This document shows, piece after piece, positions 1 to 22,157 of a DNA stretch of 64,000 nt (position 1 is its first letter; every line of letters starts with the position of its first letter). Location: the NCBI RefSeq assembly GCF_009914755.1, contig NC_060940.1. One strand, 5' to 3'. The position numbers were made by a program, and so were the translations under genes. The notes beneath the pieces were generated by a model. The model had not been told where the DNA came from. It was given only the letters and a program-made list of their open reading frames with translations, and ran no database searches. This DNA is from the human T2T-CHM13v2.0 reference genome, Homo sapiens.

Positions 1-842
1 GGTGACACAGCAAGACACCCTGTCTCAAAAAAAAAAAAAAAAAAAAAAAAAAAAGTGGATGAAATGCACATTGATGGTGCAGACAGCAGATTTTTGGAAT
101 TTTTAGGCTGGGCCAGAAGAAGGGTGTTGAATGGGGTATCACTGGGGCCAGCACCCGTCCCTGACTCTGGACGGTGGCAACCCAGCACCTCCCAGGCAGT
201 CTCCCACTACCAGATGGAGAAAGGATGAGACTGTGCAGTGACGCTGTGGGTGCTGTGTGATCCCATCTCGTCTGGTCAGAAAACTCCTCGGAGCTGATAC
301 CAAAACCCCATGACAGAATTGGGCAGGGAATGATACTTTCTGGTCTAAAGCAGGATATTTTGCAATTGCGGTGACACGTTTTGCAACAGAGGCTGCTCTG
401 AGGCAGGACTTCTGGAAGGCAGTGTTTTGATGCCACTTTGGACTTTCTAGGGCAAGGCAGGCTCACAAAGCTTTTGTTTGGAGGGGTTCCAGTAATTTCT
501 CACAGTGAAAATAGAATTATTGCCCTTCTAACGTCATTTAAGTGTTTAATAATCAAAGTGGAATGGTCATGGGCTGTCTTGTGTGCCCCTGCCATTGGAT
601 GTGTGACCTTATTTGGGGTGACATGGCAAATCTAAACCCAACAAAGCTGCTGCAAAGGGTCTACTCTCGGCTATTACTCCTGGGAAATGTGCGGCTCAGA
701 CACCACGACCTTCACTCCACTCCTGGTCACCAGGGGTTTCACTTTCTATGGCATTTACTTCTGCACATTTTGGGATTTAAAAAAATGAAGATTGTATTAC
801 TTTCGTAATAAGCAAAAAAGATAGTTTTAAAAAGTCTTTCAG

Positions 843-1134
843 ACCAGGTGTGGTGGCGCACGCCTGTAATTTCAACACTTTGGAAGGCCGAGACAGGTGG
901 ATCACTTGAGGTCAGGAGTTCCAGACCAGCCTGGCCAACACGGCAAAACCTCGTCTCTAATGAAAATACAAAAATTAGCCAGGTGAGGTGGCCCGCGCCT
1001 GTAATCCCAGGTACTCCGGAGGCTGAGGTAGAACTGCTTGAACCTGGGAGGTGGAGGTTTCAGTGAGTCGAGATTGCATCACTGCACTCCAGGTTGGGCA
1101 ACAGAGCAAGATTCCGTATTTAAAAAAAAAAAAA
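843..1134 (+). mobile_element. Alu (S-type)
   Basis: Dimeric Alu with poly(A); TSD aaaaagtctttca. Confidence 0.9.
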
Positions 1135-1214
1135 GTCTTTCACAATTAGCTTAACTTCTAAGGGAGTATCAGTCCCGTGCCCCTAAACCATCATGATAAA
1201 GGAGGTATATAGTA

Positions 1215-1525
<311 letters not shown>

Positions 1526-1564
1526 AACTATTTTTTCATAGATGATGAAATGTAGGCTTACAGG

Positions 1565-1680
1565 TAGGGTGACCAACACATTTTGTCTAGGAGCAAAACC
1601 CAATTTGCCCAGTCTTAGCACTGAAAGCCTAGTTCTGGGAACGACCACAGTCCGGGGAAATTGGGACAATTGCCCACCCT
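1565..1680. mobile_element. hAT MITE (MER81/MER94-like)
   Basis: Terminal inverted repeats tagggtgacca...tgcccaccct, about 115 bp apart. Confidence 0.6.
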
Positions 1681-1884
1681 GTTTAGATGGGTTAATTGAC
1701 ATACTGAACACATGTCTAGCTAGGAAGAGGCACCACAGGGCCATTCATTTACTCTTGGAGCACCTGCTGTATGCCAGATGCTATTCTAGGTACTACTGAT
1801 ACAGAACTGAACAGAAAAAAACTTCTTGCAGTGCTCACATTCTTTTTTTTCTGATATAAATGCCCTTCAGAAGAGGCCACATTC

Positions 1885-2482
<598 letters not shown>

Positions 2483-2556
2483 AAGAGCCCACATTCTTAT
2501 AGGAAAGTGTGAATTGATATAAACAAACAAATACACAATGTATCAGGGAGTGATAA

Positions 2557-3070
<514 letters not shown>

Positions 3071-3270
3071 TGAGGAAGAGTGGTGGCTGGAGCAGAGGCA
3101 CGGAGGAGGAGTGGATGGAGGGGTTAGAGAGGGAGCTGGAGTCCCCTATCAAGTAGCAGGGCTCCCAGGACACAGCAAGGACTTGGCTCTTACTCTGAGA
3201 TGAGGGGACACTGGAAAGTTTGAGCAGAGCAGTGACATAATTGGAGTTACGCTTTAAAAGAAACATTCTG

Positions 3271-3570
3271 GGCCGGGCGCGGTGGCTCACACATATAATC
3301 CAGCACTTTGGGAAGCCAAGGAAGGTGGATCACCTGAGGTCAGAAGTTCGAGATAAGCCTGGCCAACATGGTGAAAGCCCGTCTCTACTGAAAATACAAA
3401 AATTTGCTGAGTGTGGTGGTGATGTGCGCGTAGTCCCAGCTACTCTGGAGGCTGAGGTGAATCACCTGAACCTGGGAGGCGGAGGTTGCAGTGACCTGTG
3501 ATCGCACCACTGTACTCTGGCCTGGGTGAAAGAGTGAGACTGTTTCAAAAAAAGAAAGAAAAGAAAAGAG
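3271..3570 (+). mobile_element. Alu
   Basis: Alu consensus with A-rich tail. Confidence 0.9.
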
Positions 3571-4374
3571 AACACTCTGGCTTCCATAAGAGACAAGAGA
3601 TGAGAAAGGTGGAAACAGAGAGGAGAAAGCAATCTATTGTCACAATGCAGGAAAGCGACTGCAGGGCCCTGAACCACTGTGGAGGCAGAAGGGTCAGATT
3701 CTGGGTGATTCTGAAAGCAGGGCTGACATGATAAGGGTAGACTGGATACTGGCGGGTGTGAAGATGCATCTAAGATACCTGTTTCTGGCCAGATTTTACA
3801 AAGGGCCCTTGTTGCTACCTTAAGGAGTTAGTGTTGAATCCTGCAGCAGCTAAGAGCTTCTGCAGGATCTCCCTCTCAACTTGGACCAACCCACCTGCCG
3901 ATCCCAGCCCAGATCAATGAGATCTGCTGCCCAGTCCCCTACGCAGATAACACTAATTGTAACTGATCTTTCTGAGGGCACCTCCTGAGCAGCTTGGAAA
4001 CGGAGGGAGAGGAGAGGAAGCCAGCTTCCCAAAGTGGGGTGTGGCAGGTGGCCTTAACCCTGCTGAAGGGCTGCAGTCATGGGGCTCTGAATAGATCCCC
4101 ACACCACTCACCAATGAGCTTCATTTGGAAGGCGGTAACGTTAAACAAGAGGGTTTGTAAAAAATAAAGGCCTACACACATAATTTTTTCTGATTATTAA
4201 ATCTAGGTGGAGAGTACGTGAGTATTCATGTTACTCTCTCAACTTTCTTGTGCTTAAAAATCTTAAAATAAAAACTTTAATACGCTCTGTCCTACCAATA
4301 TTTATAGGAACCTGACTAGCAGCCAGGCTTTGGACACGCAATCCCCGGCCACCAAAGGGCTGACAGGCTAGTGA

Positions 4375-4720
<346 letters not shown>

Positions 4721-4949
4721 CCTTTGTTTTCTTACCAACTAAGCAGCAGCACTGACACTGTTTCCTTTGAGGTTCCGTTTCCTGAATCCTGCCCTCTAAG
4801 GTGCTCCGCCCTTCCACTCCCCGCCCCGTGCTGCTGTCATTCCCACGCCTCACCCTGTTTTGCAACTTCTTGTTTATGAGCCTGGAAGCCACGAAGTGGT
4901 GGGAAATACGAGATTCAAATATCTGGTGGCCGTGTGACGTGAGTAAATT

Positions 4950-5900
4950 ACTCGATTTTTCTCAGTTTCCATTTCCTATCAAATGGGTTGTTCTGGGAAT
5001 TCGGGGAAGTAACAGTGCCGGGAACCGCGGGAGGAACCGCCAGCTGCGTCCTCGGACGTCCCCAAAGCCCAGGGCGGCGACTGGCACGACTGTCAGGGGC
5101 GCGTCTGTTAAGAGGACAGGGGGTCCCGCCCCGGCACAGCCGTCTCCTCCAGGACCCCTCCCGCCGACGCCCCACGGACCCCACGCCCGAGCGGAGACCG
5201 GCGCGAGTCCGGGGTCTCCGGTCCGGCAGCCCCTCCCTGGCCCGGCGCCCCAAAGGGAAGCGGCCTGGGGGAGGAGACGTGTGGAAAGAGCGGCAGAAGA
5301 TAAAGAGGAAGTAGCGGTAGAGAATAAAAAGGAACTGTCCGCAGTGTGCCCGGACGCGGGGAGGCGCTGGGGTCAAGCGAGACCCGACCTGCACGCAATT
5401 CCCGCCGGGGTCCCGGCCTGCCTGCGGGAGGGAAAGGACCCAGGGCGGCTTCTGCCAAAAGTGCGGCTTCTGCCGAAAGTGCGTCTTCTGCCGAGGGGCC
5501 CACATAAGGCGCGACAGACACTCCAGCCCGACCCCGACGCCCCGCCCTCACGCATGCACATGCGCGGAACACTCCCAGAAACACATCTCCCAGAGCGCCC
5601 CGGGAGCACGCGAGCCAATTGGAGGGCGGATTAGCGGGGGCCCACGTCTCCCAGAGGTCTCCGAGTCGCGGCTCTGTTGGTCTGATTGGCAGCCGCAACA
5701 GCCTATAGCTGCTTTTCGCCGGAGGGGCCACGCGCCGTTTGCCGGGACTGAGCCGCTGTTGTCGCTGGTATCCCGGGAGCAGCGCCGGCAAGTGGAGTCG
5801 TCGTATTCCGGGCGGCCCGCGGCCCACGGGGATGGGACGTCCCGGGGCTGTGCTGACCCCAAAACCCTTCCACACTTTATTAGCCTGTCGCCCTTCTTTC
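4950..5900. promoter_or_regulatory. CpG-island promoter (probably the LINC00921 promoter)
   Basis: High GC and CpG density. NRF1-like CGCATGCACATGCGC (~5551), ZNF143-like ...TCCCAG... elements (5571-5600, ~5645), CCAAT boxes (~5615, ~5685). Confidence 0.85.
5445..5494. repeat. 18-bp tandem repeat x~3 in the CpG island
   Basis: gcggcttctgccaaaagt / gcggcttctgccgaaagt / gcgtcttctgccga. Confidence 0.85.
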
Positions 5901-6211
5901 ATGTTTACAGCAAATATTTTCCGAGTGCCTAATGTGTCCCACTTACTGTGCCACGTGCGAGGGTGCACGTGTCAGGCAAGATCGCTGTTCCAAGGAGGCT
6001 GAGAACAAGTAAATGGTAATTACCAGTTATGACCAAAGCTGTGAAAGGAACAGATACATCAGCCTAACAGCAGCACTGCCGTTTTCTCCCTTATAATCAG
6101 CAGAGGCGGGCTAGAGCAAGGATTCTCAAACTCTGCCCCCTCAGAACCCTAGAGTACGGTTGCTGAAACTTCTGTTTTTTCCTTTTGAACAAATCTAGTA
6201 ACATGCTGTGA

Positions 6212-6571
<360 letters not shown>

Positions 6572-7271
6572 CAGGTTTCTTATTTCAGGAGCTTCATAGG
6601 CATAGACCTCCCTCCTTCCCTCCTACCCCCTCCCCCCTCTCCCAACTAATGCCAGACCGGCCACTACTTTTTAACTGTTTTACATATTTAACCTTCAAGA
6701 AAGATTTCCTTTGATCCAAGTGTATTGCAGCCCACAAAAAAGCTTGGAAACCCAGCTAGATGGTCTGTTTTTCTAGTTCCTACATTGGATTTAAGTCCTA
6801 CCCATCGAGACTACTGTCTTCAGGTAAGCATATCGAGGCTGTATTCACCTTCATGGTGTTCTCAGGGGCACTTTCTTACACAAATGATGGTAATCATCCT
6901 AGATCATTTCCCTGCCTGCCACACTTGCCAGTTAGTTAGAAACTGTAAACCCTTAAATGTCTGTCACCAGGGCACTGGCTGAATAGCTGAGTAAGTTTTG
7001 GTGAATCCATTCCTTGGACTACACTGCATCCACTGAAAACAGTGCGGTGAATTTCTGTGTGCTAATGTGCAAAGATGGTTTATGTATTATTCAGTGGAAA
7101 AAGCACATTTGCACTACAGTGCAGATAGCATGATCCCATGTTTGTAAATAAGAGAAAAAAATGTTAAAATTTAAGTATCTGGAGGGAAATGCAAGAAATA
7201 AATATGACTACCTTTCAAGAGTAGAATTGGGGGTAGAAGTTGGCCTTTTCCCTCTATGTCATCTATACGTT

Positions 7272-7579
7272 TTATTTTTTTATTTTATTATTATTTTTTT
7301 GAGACGGAGTCTCACGCTGCTGCCCAGGCTGGAGTGCAGTGGCATGATCTGGGCTTACTGCGACCTCCGCCTCCCGGGTTCAAGCAATTTTCTGTCTCAG
7401 CCTCCTGAGTAGCTGGGATTACAAGCGCACGCCACCACGCCCGGCTAATTTTTGTATTTTTAGTTAGAGATGGGGTTTCACCATGTTGGTCAGGCTGGTC
7501 TCGAACTTCTGACCTTGTGTTCTGCCCGCCTCAGCCTCCCAAAGTGCTCAGATTACAGGCGTGAACCAGTATGCCCGGC
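7272..7579 (-). mobile_element. Alu
   Basis: Alu consensus. Confidence 0.9.
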
Positions 7580-7919
7580 GTTCAATGAGCATTTTTAAAG
7601 TTTTATGACTCATGAAACATAGTCCACAAATATATGCTCATTGTGAAATAGTAACGGAAAATAAAATATGGCAAGCTAAATGTTAGAGGAGAAATTTCTT
7701 ATTTTGCTCCATTACTTTTACAGCAGAAAAATTAAAAAATTTATTAGCTGAGACTTTGTTTCACTGGGGTGCAGAAGATTAAACAAATGATTTTTAAAAG
7801 CAGACTCTGCCCATAGAGAAAAAATATTCGAGGTTTCCAAAGTAGAATAAGTTTAAATTAGCAAGTCAAATAAGGAACCTTGAGCCAGTACCGAAGGAAA
7901 CACGTCCCAGACCTATCTC

Positions 7920-7922
<3 letters not shown>

Positions 7923-7953
<31 letters not shown>
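7923..7953. repeat. (CA)n microsatellite
   Basis: Pure AC run. Confidence 0.95.
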
Positions 7954-7958
<5 letters not shown>

Positions 7959-8024
7959 GGCATAACATTTATGCAGACAGACTGTTCTTTAGGGCATAAT
8001 TGTCTCATGTCTCAATTCCTCTGA

Positions 8025-8390
8025 AGCTCCAGAGCAGAAACTGAAATTTTAAAAATGCAGTTGAGATAAACTGAAATGACTGACAGGCCATTTGCCAAGA
8101 AAAGCTTTGGTTCTTTGGAACAAAGACAGTGCCCATATCCCAGCCAACATCAGGTGGTATTTCTCTTTCTGTCCTGTAGAGGGCATCTTCATGTGTGGGC
8201 ACCAGGGCTGCGGCTGGAACCACAGTGGACACCCCACGCTCCAAGGACAATCCTCTGCAGAAACCAGCAGCTGGAAACAATTCTTAATGCTGCAGGAAGT
8301 AGTTAGGAGAAAACGACTGTGTAAGTCAGAGCTAAAACTGGAGTTCAAAAACCACAGAAAATATTTCCAAGGCTGTCTGTGAAGTGGGGA
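8025..8390 (+). pseudogene. Decayed SCAN-domain exon remnant
   Basis: Frameshifted SCAN motifs in the correct order: HQ(W)LRLE (8200-8219), RSK..IL (8237-8254), LE-QFL (8271-8286), NW-VQK (8336-8351), ENISKAV (8357-8377). Confidence 0.6.
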
Positions 8391-8654
8391 TGTCAAAATA
8401 CCAAAAATTACAGCTTTGGAACTGCAGTGGATGACCTTTAATTGATGCAGTTTATAGGTGCTAAGTATTGTGTGTGCTTTACGTTGCCTCATGTGAGTGC
8501 TTCATAGCAGGGTGTGACGCTGGCCAAGTGATATACCTACCCTCTTTGTCCCTGTTTCTATCAACTGTAAAATGGGGGTTCTAGAGTTGTTGTGAAGATT
8601 AAATGAGCTAATACACACAAAGCACCAAGAACAATGCTGGATACAAGGTAATAG

Positions 8655-9435
<781 letters not shown>

Positions 9436-9816
9436 AAGGTGGGTGTTGATATATTCAATTTAACACAGAAAACAGGAAGTTTGTACACACTGACTTGCCC
9501 AAGGCTACACAACTACAAAGAGTCAGGTAGCCAACATTCAGTCTCAAGGTCTGTGTCTGCAGAGCTCAAGGCCTTTCCTTTGGCTTTGCTGTCTCTTGGC
9601 ATCTGGTAGCTTAGCAGTCATCAAGCCAACCCCGTCATGTTACAGAGGAGGACACAGGCTTCCAGGGGAACTGACTGACTTGAGTTCTACACATCAGTGC
9701 AGAGCTGGGACTAGAATTCTGTCCACCTAACTGTATTTGGAAGAAAGTTAAGTGCTATTGACTACACCTAATATCTGAAAGATAAAGGGAGAGGCAGAAG
9801 CAAGAATGAATAATGT

Positions 9817-10123
<307 letters not shown>

Positions 10124-10264
10124 TTAAAGCAGGCTGTGAAGAACTAAAAACATGAGGACACGGAAATTCAGAAACACCCATTTCAATATGATTCCTTTCG
10201 GATAACTTGAAGCCCAAACAGGATGGAAAATCACAGGCCAAAGTCACCTGAAGGAAGGCTGTCA

Positions 10265-10385
10265 CCCATGACGGACAACCGGGATGTTGCTCTCCATTCA
10301 TCCCAACGGCAGCAAAGTCTGTCCTGGAACATGGAATGGTTTCTTTATACAGACAACTAAGACTGGCTCCAAGAGAAGAGTTGCT
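10265..10385 (+). pseudogene. Decayed KRAB-A remnant
   Basis: [37 protein letters not shown]. The D,V,A,S,Q,L,L,Y,D positions match KRAB-A spacing exactly; in-frame TAA at 10358. Confidence 0.6.
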
Positions 10386-10699
10386 ACCACTAACCCCTAC
10401 ATGCTGCCTTGAAAGAGTTGGTGGTAGGTGTTGGAAAATTAATCTGAGTAATTAGGAAACAAAATTTGAAACAAAGAATCCCATGCACAATAGTAGCAAA
10501 ACCCATAACCAGACATGATAAGAAATTTGCAAGACCTATAAGAAGAAAAGTATATAGGATTACAGAATTTTAAAAGTCCCAGATCATTGAAGAAATACAC
10601 CACAGTCGTGGATGGAAGAGTTAATATTACAAATATATCATGCATTCCTAAATTAATCAACAAATTATAAGCAAACCCAATTGAAATTGTAACGAGATT

Positions 10700-11772
<1,073 letters not shown>

Positions 11773-11841
11773 TGATTTAAAGAAACACGAAGTGTAATAT
11801 CTGTAAATTTGTTTAAATTTCGCAGTGAGGAAGATCTTTCT

Positions 11842-12618
11842 TTTTTTTTATTTTTTATTTTTTTATTGATCATTCTTGGGTGTTTCTCGCAGAGGGGGAC
11901 TTGGCAGGGCCATAGGACAACAGTGGAGGGAAGGTCAGCAGACAAACAAGTGAACAAAGGTCTCTGGTTTTCCTAGGCAGAGGACCCTGCGGCCTTCTGC
12001 AGTGTTTGTGTCCTTGGGTACTTGAGATTAGGGAGTGGTGATGACTCTTAACGAGCATGCTGCCTTCAAGCATCTGTTTAACAAAGCACATCTTGCACTG
12101 CCCTTAATCCATTTAACCCTGAGTGGACACAGCACATGTTTCAGAGAGCACAGGGTTGGGGGTAAGGTCACAGATCAACAGTATCCCAAGGCAGAAGAAT
12201 TTTTCTTAGTACAGAACAAAATGAAAAGTCTCCCATGTCTACTTTTTTCTACACAGACACAGCAACCATCTGATTTCTCAATCTTTTCCCCACCTTTCCC
12301 CCTTTTCTATTCCACAAAACCGCCATTGTCATCATGGCCCCTTCTCAATGAGCTGTTGGGTACCCCTCCCAGACGGGGTGGTGGCTGGGCAGAGGGGCTC
12401 CTCACTTCCCAGAAGGGGCGGCCGGGCAAAGGCGGCCCCCCACCACCCGGACGGGGCGGTTGGGCGGGCGGAGGCACCCCCCACCTCCCTCCCGGACGGG
12501 GCGGCTGGCCGGGCAGGGGCTGACCCCCCACCTCTCTCCCGGACGGGGCGGCTGGCCGGGCAGGGGCTGACCCCCCACCTCCCTCCCGGACGGGGCGGCT
12601 GGCCGGGCGGGGGCTGAC
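11842..12618 (-). mobile_element. 5'-truncated SVA retrotransposon (SINE-R plus part of the VNTR)
   Basis: Diagnostic SINE-R (attgatcattcttgggtgtttctcgcagaggggg...) and GC-rich VNTR units. TSD AGATCTTTCT at 11832-11841 and 12619-12628. Confidence 0.96.
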
Positions 12619-12725
12619 AGATCTTTCTAACCAAGATAAAAAAACTGAAAAAGTTAAAAAATTCAGGTAAATAGAAAAATTAGAAAACTTCAGTATGACA
12701 AAAACAGCCATGAATATGGTTAAAA

Positions 12726-16400
<3,675 letters not shown>

Positions 16401-16956
16401 AGAAGATTTGGCTGTTAGAGATTTGTGAAGTTTTTAAAAGTTAAGAATTATTAAAACAAAAATAAAACCCAGGAGACAAGGTAGTGGAAGTGTGTCCCTC
16501 CCATTCACTGACCAAGGTGAGGGGACTCTAGTCCTTTGCTGCTGACCTTCAGCCTCCCTTCCTCTTAAAAAGAGGTCCTAGTTGGGGAGCGATGGCTGAA
16601 GAGTTACCATAAAATACCAAGTAGGAGCGAGGTGCGGTGGCTCACGTCTTTAATCCCAGCAGTTTGGGAGGACAAGGTGGGAGGATCGCATGAGCCCAGG
16701 AGTTCAAGACAAACCTGGGCAACATAGCAAGGCTCTGTCTCTACAAAAAAGGAAAAGAGTACAAAGTAGGGCCATTTAGTATGGTTTCATCTTTATTAAA
16801 AGTCTTAAGTTTTAGATTTTTGAAGTTATCACCAATAAAATATCCAGTTGTGGTCTTGTGTTGAGTGAAAATGTTATTTAAATGCAGATATTTAAAATAT
16901 ACTACAATTTTTGTGCTATTTTAATTTTCTAGGAGCCTTAAAAAATGTGTGGCTAC

Positions 16957-17735
<779 letters not shown>

Positions 17736-17967
17736 GTATCAGGCTGGAATGCACTGGTGCGATTATGGCTCACTGTAGCCTCAATCTCCTGGACTCATGC
17801 AGTCCTCCCACCTCAGCCTCCCAAGCAGCTAGGACCACAGGCACTTGCCACCACGCCTGGCTAATTTTTGTTTTTTTTGTAGAAATGGGATCTCACTATG
17901 TTGTCCAGGCTGGTCCCGTGCTCTTGGGCTCAAGTGATCCTTCTGCCTATGCCTCCCGAAGTGCTAG

Positions 17968-18595
17968 GAAAAGCCTCCCAAACTGGAAAATATGGGATGG
18001 CTTCCCAGTTGTTAAAACACCCTGATTTGGGAGCTGATTGCTTATAAACACTAAGAAAAAGCTAAGAGCTGAGTTCGCCTTCCCATTCTGTTCTCAGGTT
18101 TCTCTCCTTATAGAGAGGTTCTGATCATCTACAAGCTTTGCTAAATCTGGGGTGTTTCTCTACTGATTTCCTAAATGTTTGTAGTCTTTTTTGTAAAATT
18201 GATGATTCAATTTTATTCTCCTCTGAAGTAACAATAGATGCAGAGTCTGACATTTCTTCAGCTTTGAAGAATCTGCATTTTCTCTCCTGATCTCAAAACC
18301 TGTAAGAAAAAGAAATTGCAGATATCACCCTGTCCAAGGAGAAAGAGGGGGGAAAATAAGAGTTGTATTAAAGTAGTAGAGAGAAAACAGAAACTGCTAA
18401 ATAGAATCCCAAAGCCTTTTATTCCAAGTAAGGCTGAATTTTTCTTTTCTTTCTTCCCGTTTCTTTCCAGTGAACACTCACCTCTCCTGGAGTCAAGTCA
18501 TTGTTTCTTTCCTTTGGAATCCTGCTATTCCTGCACCCATGGCTCTTCTCTAGGCTCCAGTGGGAAGTACAGGTCAGGGTTTGGGACTAGATATA
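17968..18595 (-). pseudogene. KRAB zinc-finger pseudogene remnant: KRAB-B exon (18482-18595) plus the start of the terminal exon (from 18299)
   Basis: 114-nt AG..GTGAGT-bounded exon YLVPNPDLYFPLEPREEPWVQE*QDSKGKKQ*LDSRR. Next acceptor ttcttacag|GTTTTGAGATCAGG (GFEIRREN). GEKP codons at 18096-18107; degenerate finger start [15 protein letters not shown]. Confidence 0.75.
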
Positions 18596-18641
18596 CTGGT
18601 CATAAGAAATACAGGGAACATGATAGTCTGGGTCACACTGA

Positions 18642-19016
<375 letters not shown>

Positions 19017-20063
19017 TGAGCCACTGTGCCCAGCATAACAGGCAGTTTTTCAACATTAGAACAAAATCTAGGAGTACGAAAGGCATACTGGAAAAATAAT
19101 AAACAAACATTAGAACAAAAACAAAATAGGGGGAAGATCCTTTTGTGCTCAATTCAAAGCTATTCTCCTCCAATCTCTGGGAAGAGGAGTGAATTAATTC
19201 TGCTAGTCAATGCACTGATTTAGTTTTACCTCATTTTTTGAATATTTTGATAATAAAATTATCTAAGAACCAAAATATCAAGTTAATCTTCCTAAAATTC
19301 TGACTATATTAAAACTGAGAACTATTCTCTTATTGAATCCAAGAGAAGAGAGAGGTAAATGTGGTAGTTAAACTATGTCCTGGATTAATTTCAGTTAAGA
19401 GACTTTCAAATAAGAATTAGTATCTGAACTGGTTTGGTTGGCAACCAGCAAAAACAATCTTTACATGTTTGTTTTAGCTGAAGCCTAGAAGTAGATTGTC
19501 TTGATATTAACCAAAACAAATATCTAAGAGTGTTTCCATCAATCCAGACAATTAGTAAAATGGTCTCCAGTGTGGTCTCCCCTGTGTCCTGCCATGCCTC
19601 CCCTCACTGACAAAAGTTTGGGTTGCACCCTCTTTCCAAGTTCTTTCCTCTCCCTCCTCATCTTGACAGTTTACTGGTCTGAAAAAAAAAATAGGTTGGT
19701 AAATAGTGATCTAATATGCAAATAGAGGAATATGTCTAAATATTAACATTATCAAACAATATTAGTAAGACAGTTTGGTTAATGTTAGTCCAAAGGAAAA
19801 TTTAAACTCCAGAACATTTAATCAAAATATAAGTGGCGTAAAATGTCTCATTTTATCTTTTCATGAGGAAAGGTAATATATTCCATATTAATAAAAATAA
19901 AATGCATTTCAAATGAAATGCCATTTAAATTTGCTATTTTGTTTATGATTGGATTTCAAAGCTAGGAGTAGGATCAAAGAGCATGTGGTACAGGTAAAAG
20001 AAAACCCTAAATCCAGCGCTTTGGGAGGCCGAGGCGGGTGGATCACCTGAGGTCAGGAGTTCA

Positions 20064-20282
<219 letters not shown>

Positions 20283-20928
20283 TCATAGATCAAAGGAATG
20301 CTGTAGTCAAGTAAACGAGGGGAGAGACCAAAGCTGGGGGGAGTGGCAAGTAGCAAAGGCTTAGAGTGGCAGAAGCTCCCGGAGGCTGAATGTACCCTAA
20401 GATGAAAGACAGGAAAAGCATCGATTTAAAATGACGGCTATGTTGCCCAGGCTGGTCTCAAAACTCCTGGGCTGAAGCAATCCTCCTGCCTCAGCATCCC
20501 TAATAGGTGGGGCTACAGTTGCATGTCACCACAACCAGTTAATTTTTAAAATTTTTTTTCTGTAGAGACGAGGTCTTGCCATGTTGCCCAGGCTGGTCTC
20601 AAAATCCTGGCCTCAAGTGATTCTTCCACCTCAGCCTCCCAAAGTGCTGGGATTACAGGCGTGAGCCACAGTACGTGGCCTAGTCTTGAAAGTCTTAACA
20701 CTGTAGATTTCACCAAATGTCACTTTGAAAACCAGGCACAGATAACTGGCCCCTTGAGTACAAAGGAATCTGTAAGAGCTAGTTAGGGAATGAAAGAAGT
20801 CCCAGAGACAGAGTCTAGTACCCATGAGACCTAAAACCAGGAGTGGTAAGGGTTCTTTGTCGAAGATTCAAATTTATTTTTCTCTGCAACAGTCACGAAG
20901 TCACCTGCAGCTGAGGATGAGAAAACAC

Positions 20929-21122
20929 AGTTAAGTCCTCACTTAACATCACTAATACGGTAAGTCCTCACTTAACATCATTGATAGGGTCTTGGAAACT
21001 GGGACTTAAAGGGAAAAGACATATAATGAAACTAATTTATTTTTGTCATCAACCTTATAACAAAATGTGCTTTCACTTAAGATAACAGTTTCCAACCTAT
21101 CTAGGACATTGAGGACTTACAG
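20929..21122. mobile_element. Tigger-family MITE (MER82-like) with a duplicated left end
   Basis: Two copies of taagtcctcacttaacatca at the left end; inverted end tgaggactta. Confidence 0.6.
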
Positions 21123-21277
21123 TGTTAAGAAAGTAGAATCTGTACTGGTTTCAAAGGCGCTTACTTCTCTTCACTACTTACTTTTCACCAAAGCCCTAAA
21201 GTAGCAGTTCTTAGTCTTTTTGGCGGTTTTTAGAACTTGATGAAAGCTATGAACCCACTTACTAGAACATACAGATA

Positions 21278-21280
<3 letters not shown>

Positions 21281-21327
<47 letters not shown>
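21281..21327. repeat. (CA)n microsatellite
   Basis: Pure AC run of about 23 units. Confidence 0.95.
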
Positions 21328-21328
<1 letters not shown>

Positions 21329-21474
21329 CCAATTTTGCATACAGTATCAAAAGGTTTACAAAAATCTCCAAACCCATCCATGGATCCTCTGGAACTGCAT
21401 TGGCCAGTATGGTAATACTTGGCAAGACTAACTCCATTTTAAGTGCCCATTGGCTACCATCACAGAAAGTTCTA

Positions 21475-21844
<370 letters not shown>

Positions 21845-21998
21845 TTAACACCACTCCTAGTCTAATACCAGCTAGTCTGTTTTCCACATACTGGCAGATC
21901 ACAAAGAATTGGAGGAGGACTACTACCACCACTGATTTTGAATAACCCTGAAAGTTCATCTTTTTTTAAAAAATTAAATTATTATTGCTATTTTTTGA

Positions 21999-22157
<159 letters not shown>

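Noticed and set aside
5602-5609. GGGAGCAC match to a reported ZNF263 motif (local autoregulation idea)
   Set aside because: A single 8-mer in GC-rich DNA is expected by chance.
4801-5968. Long ORFs of 277, 286 and 185 aa over the first CpG island
   Set aside because: Pro/Arg/Gly-rich, open in several frames and on both strands because stops are rare in GC-rich DNA; mostly non-ATG starts; no domain.
19550-19678. Minus-strand segment of about KRAB-A size after a strong ttttttcag acceptor
   Set aside because: The donor is poor and the translation lacks the DVA, EEW and LY motifs; not supportable as the missing KRAB-A exon.
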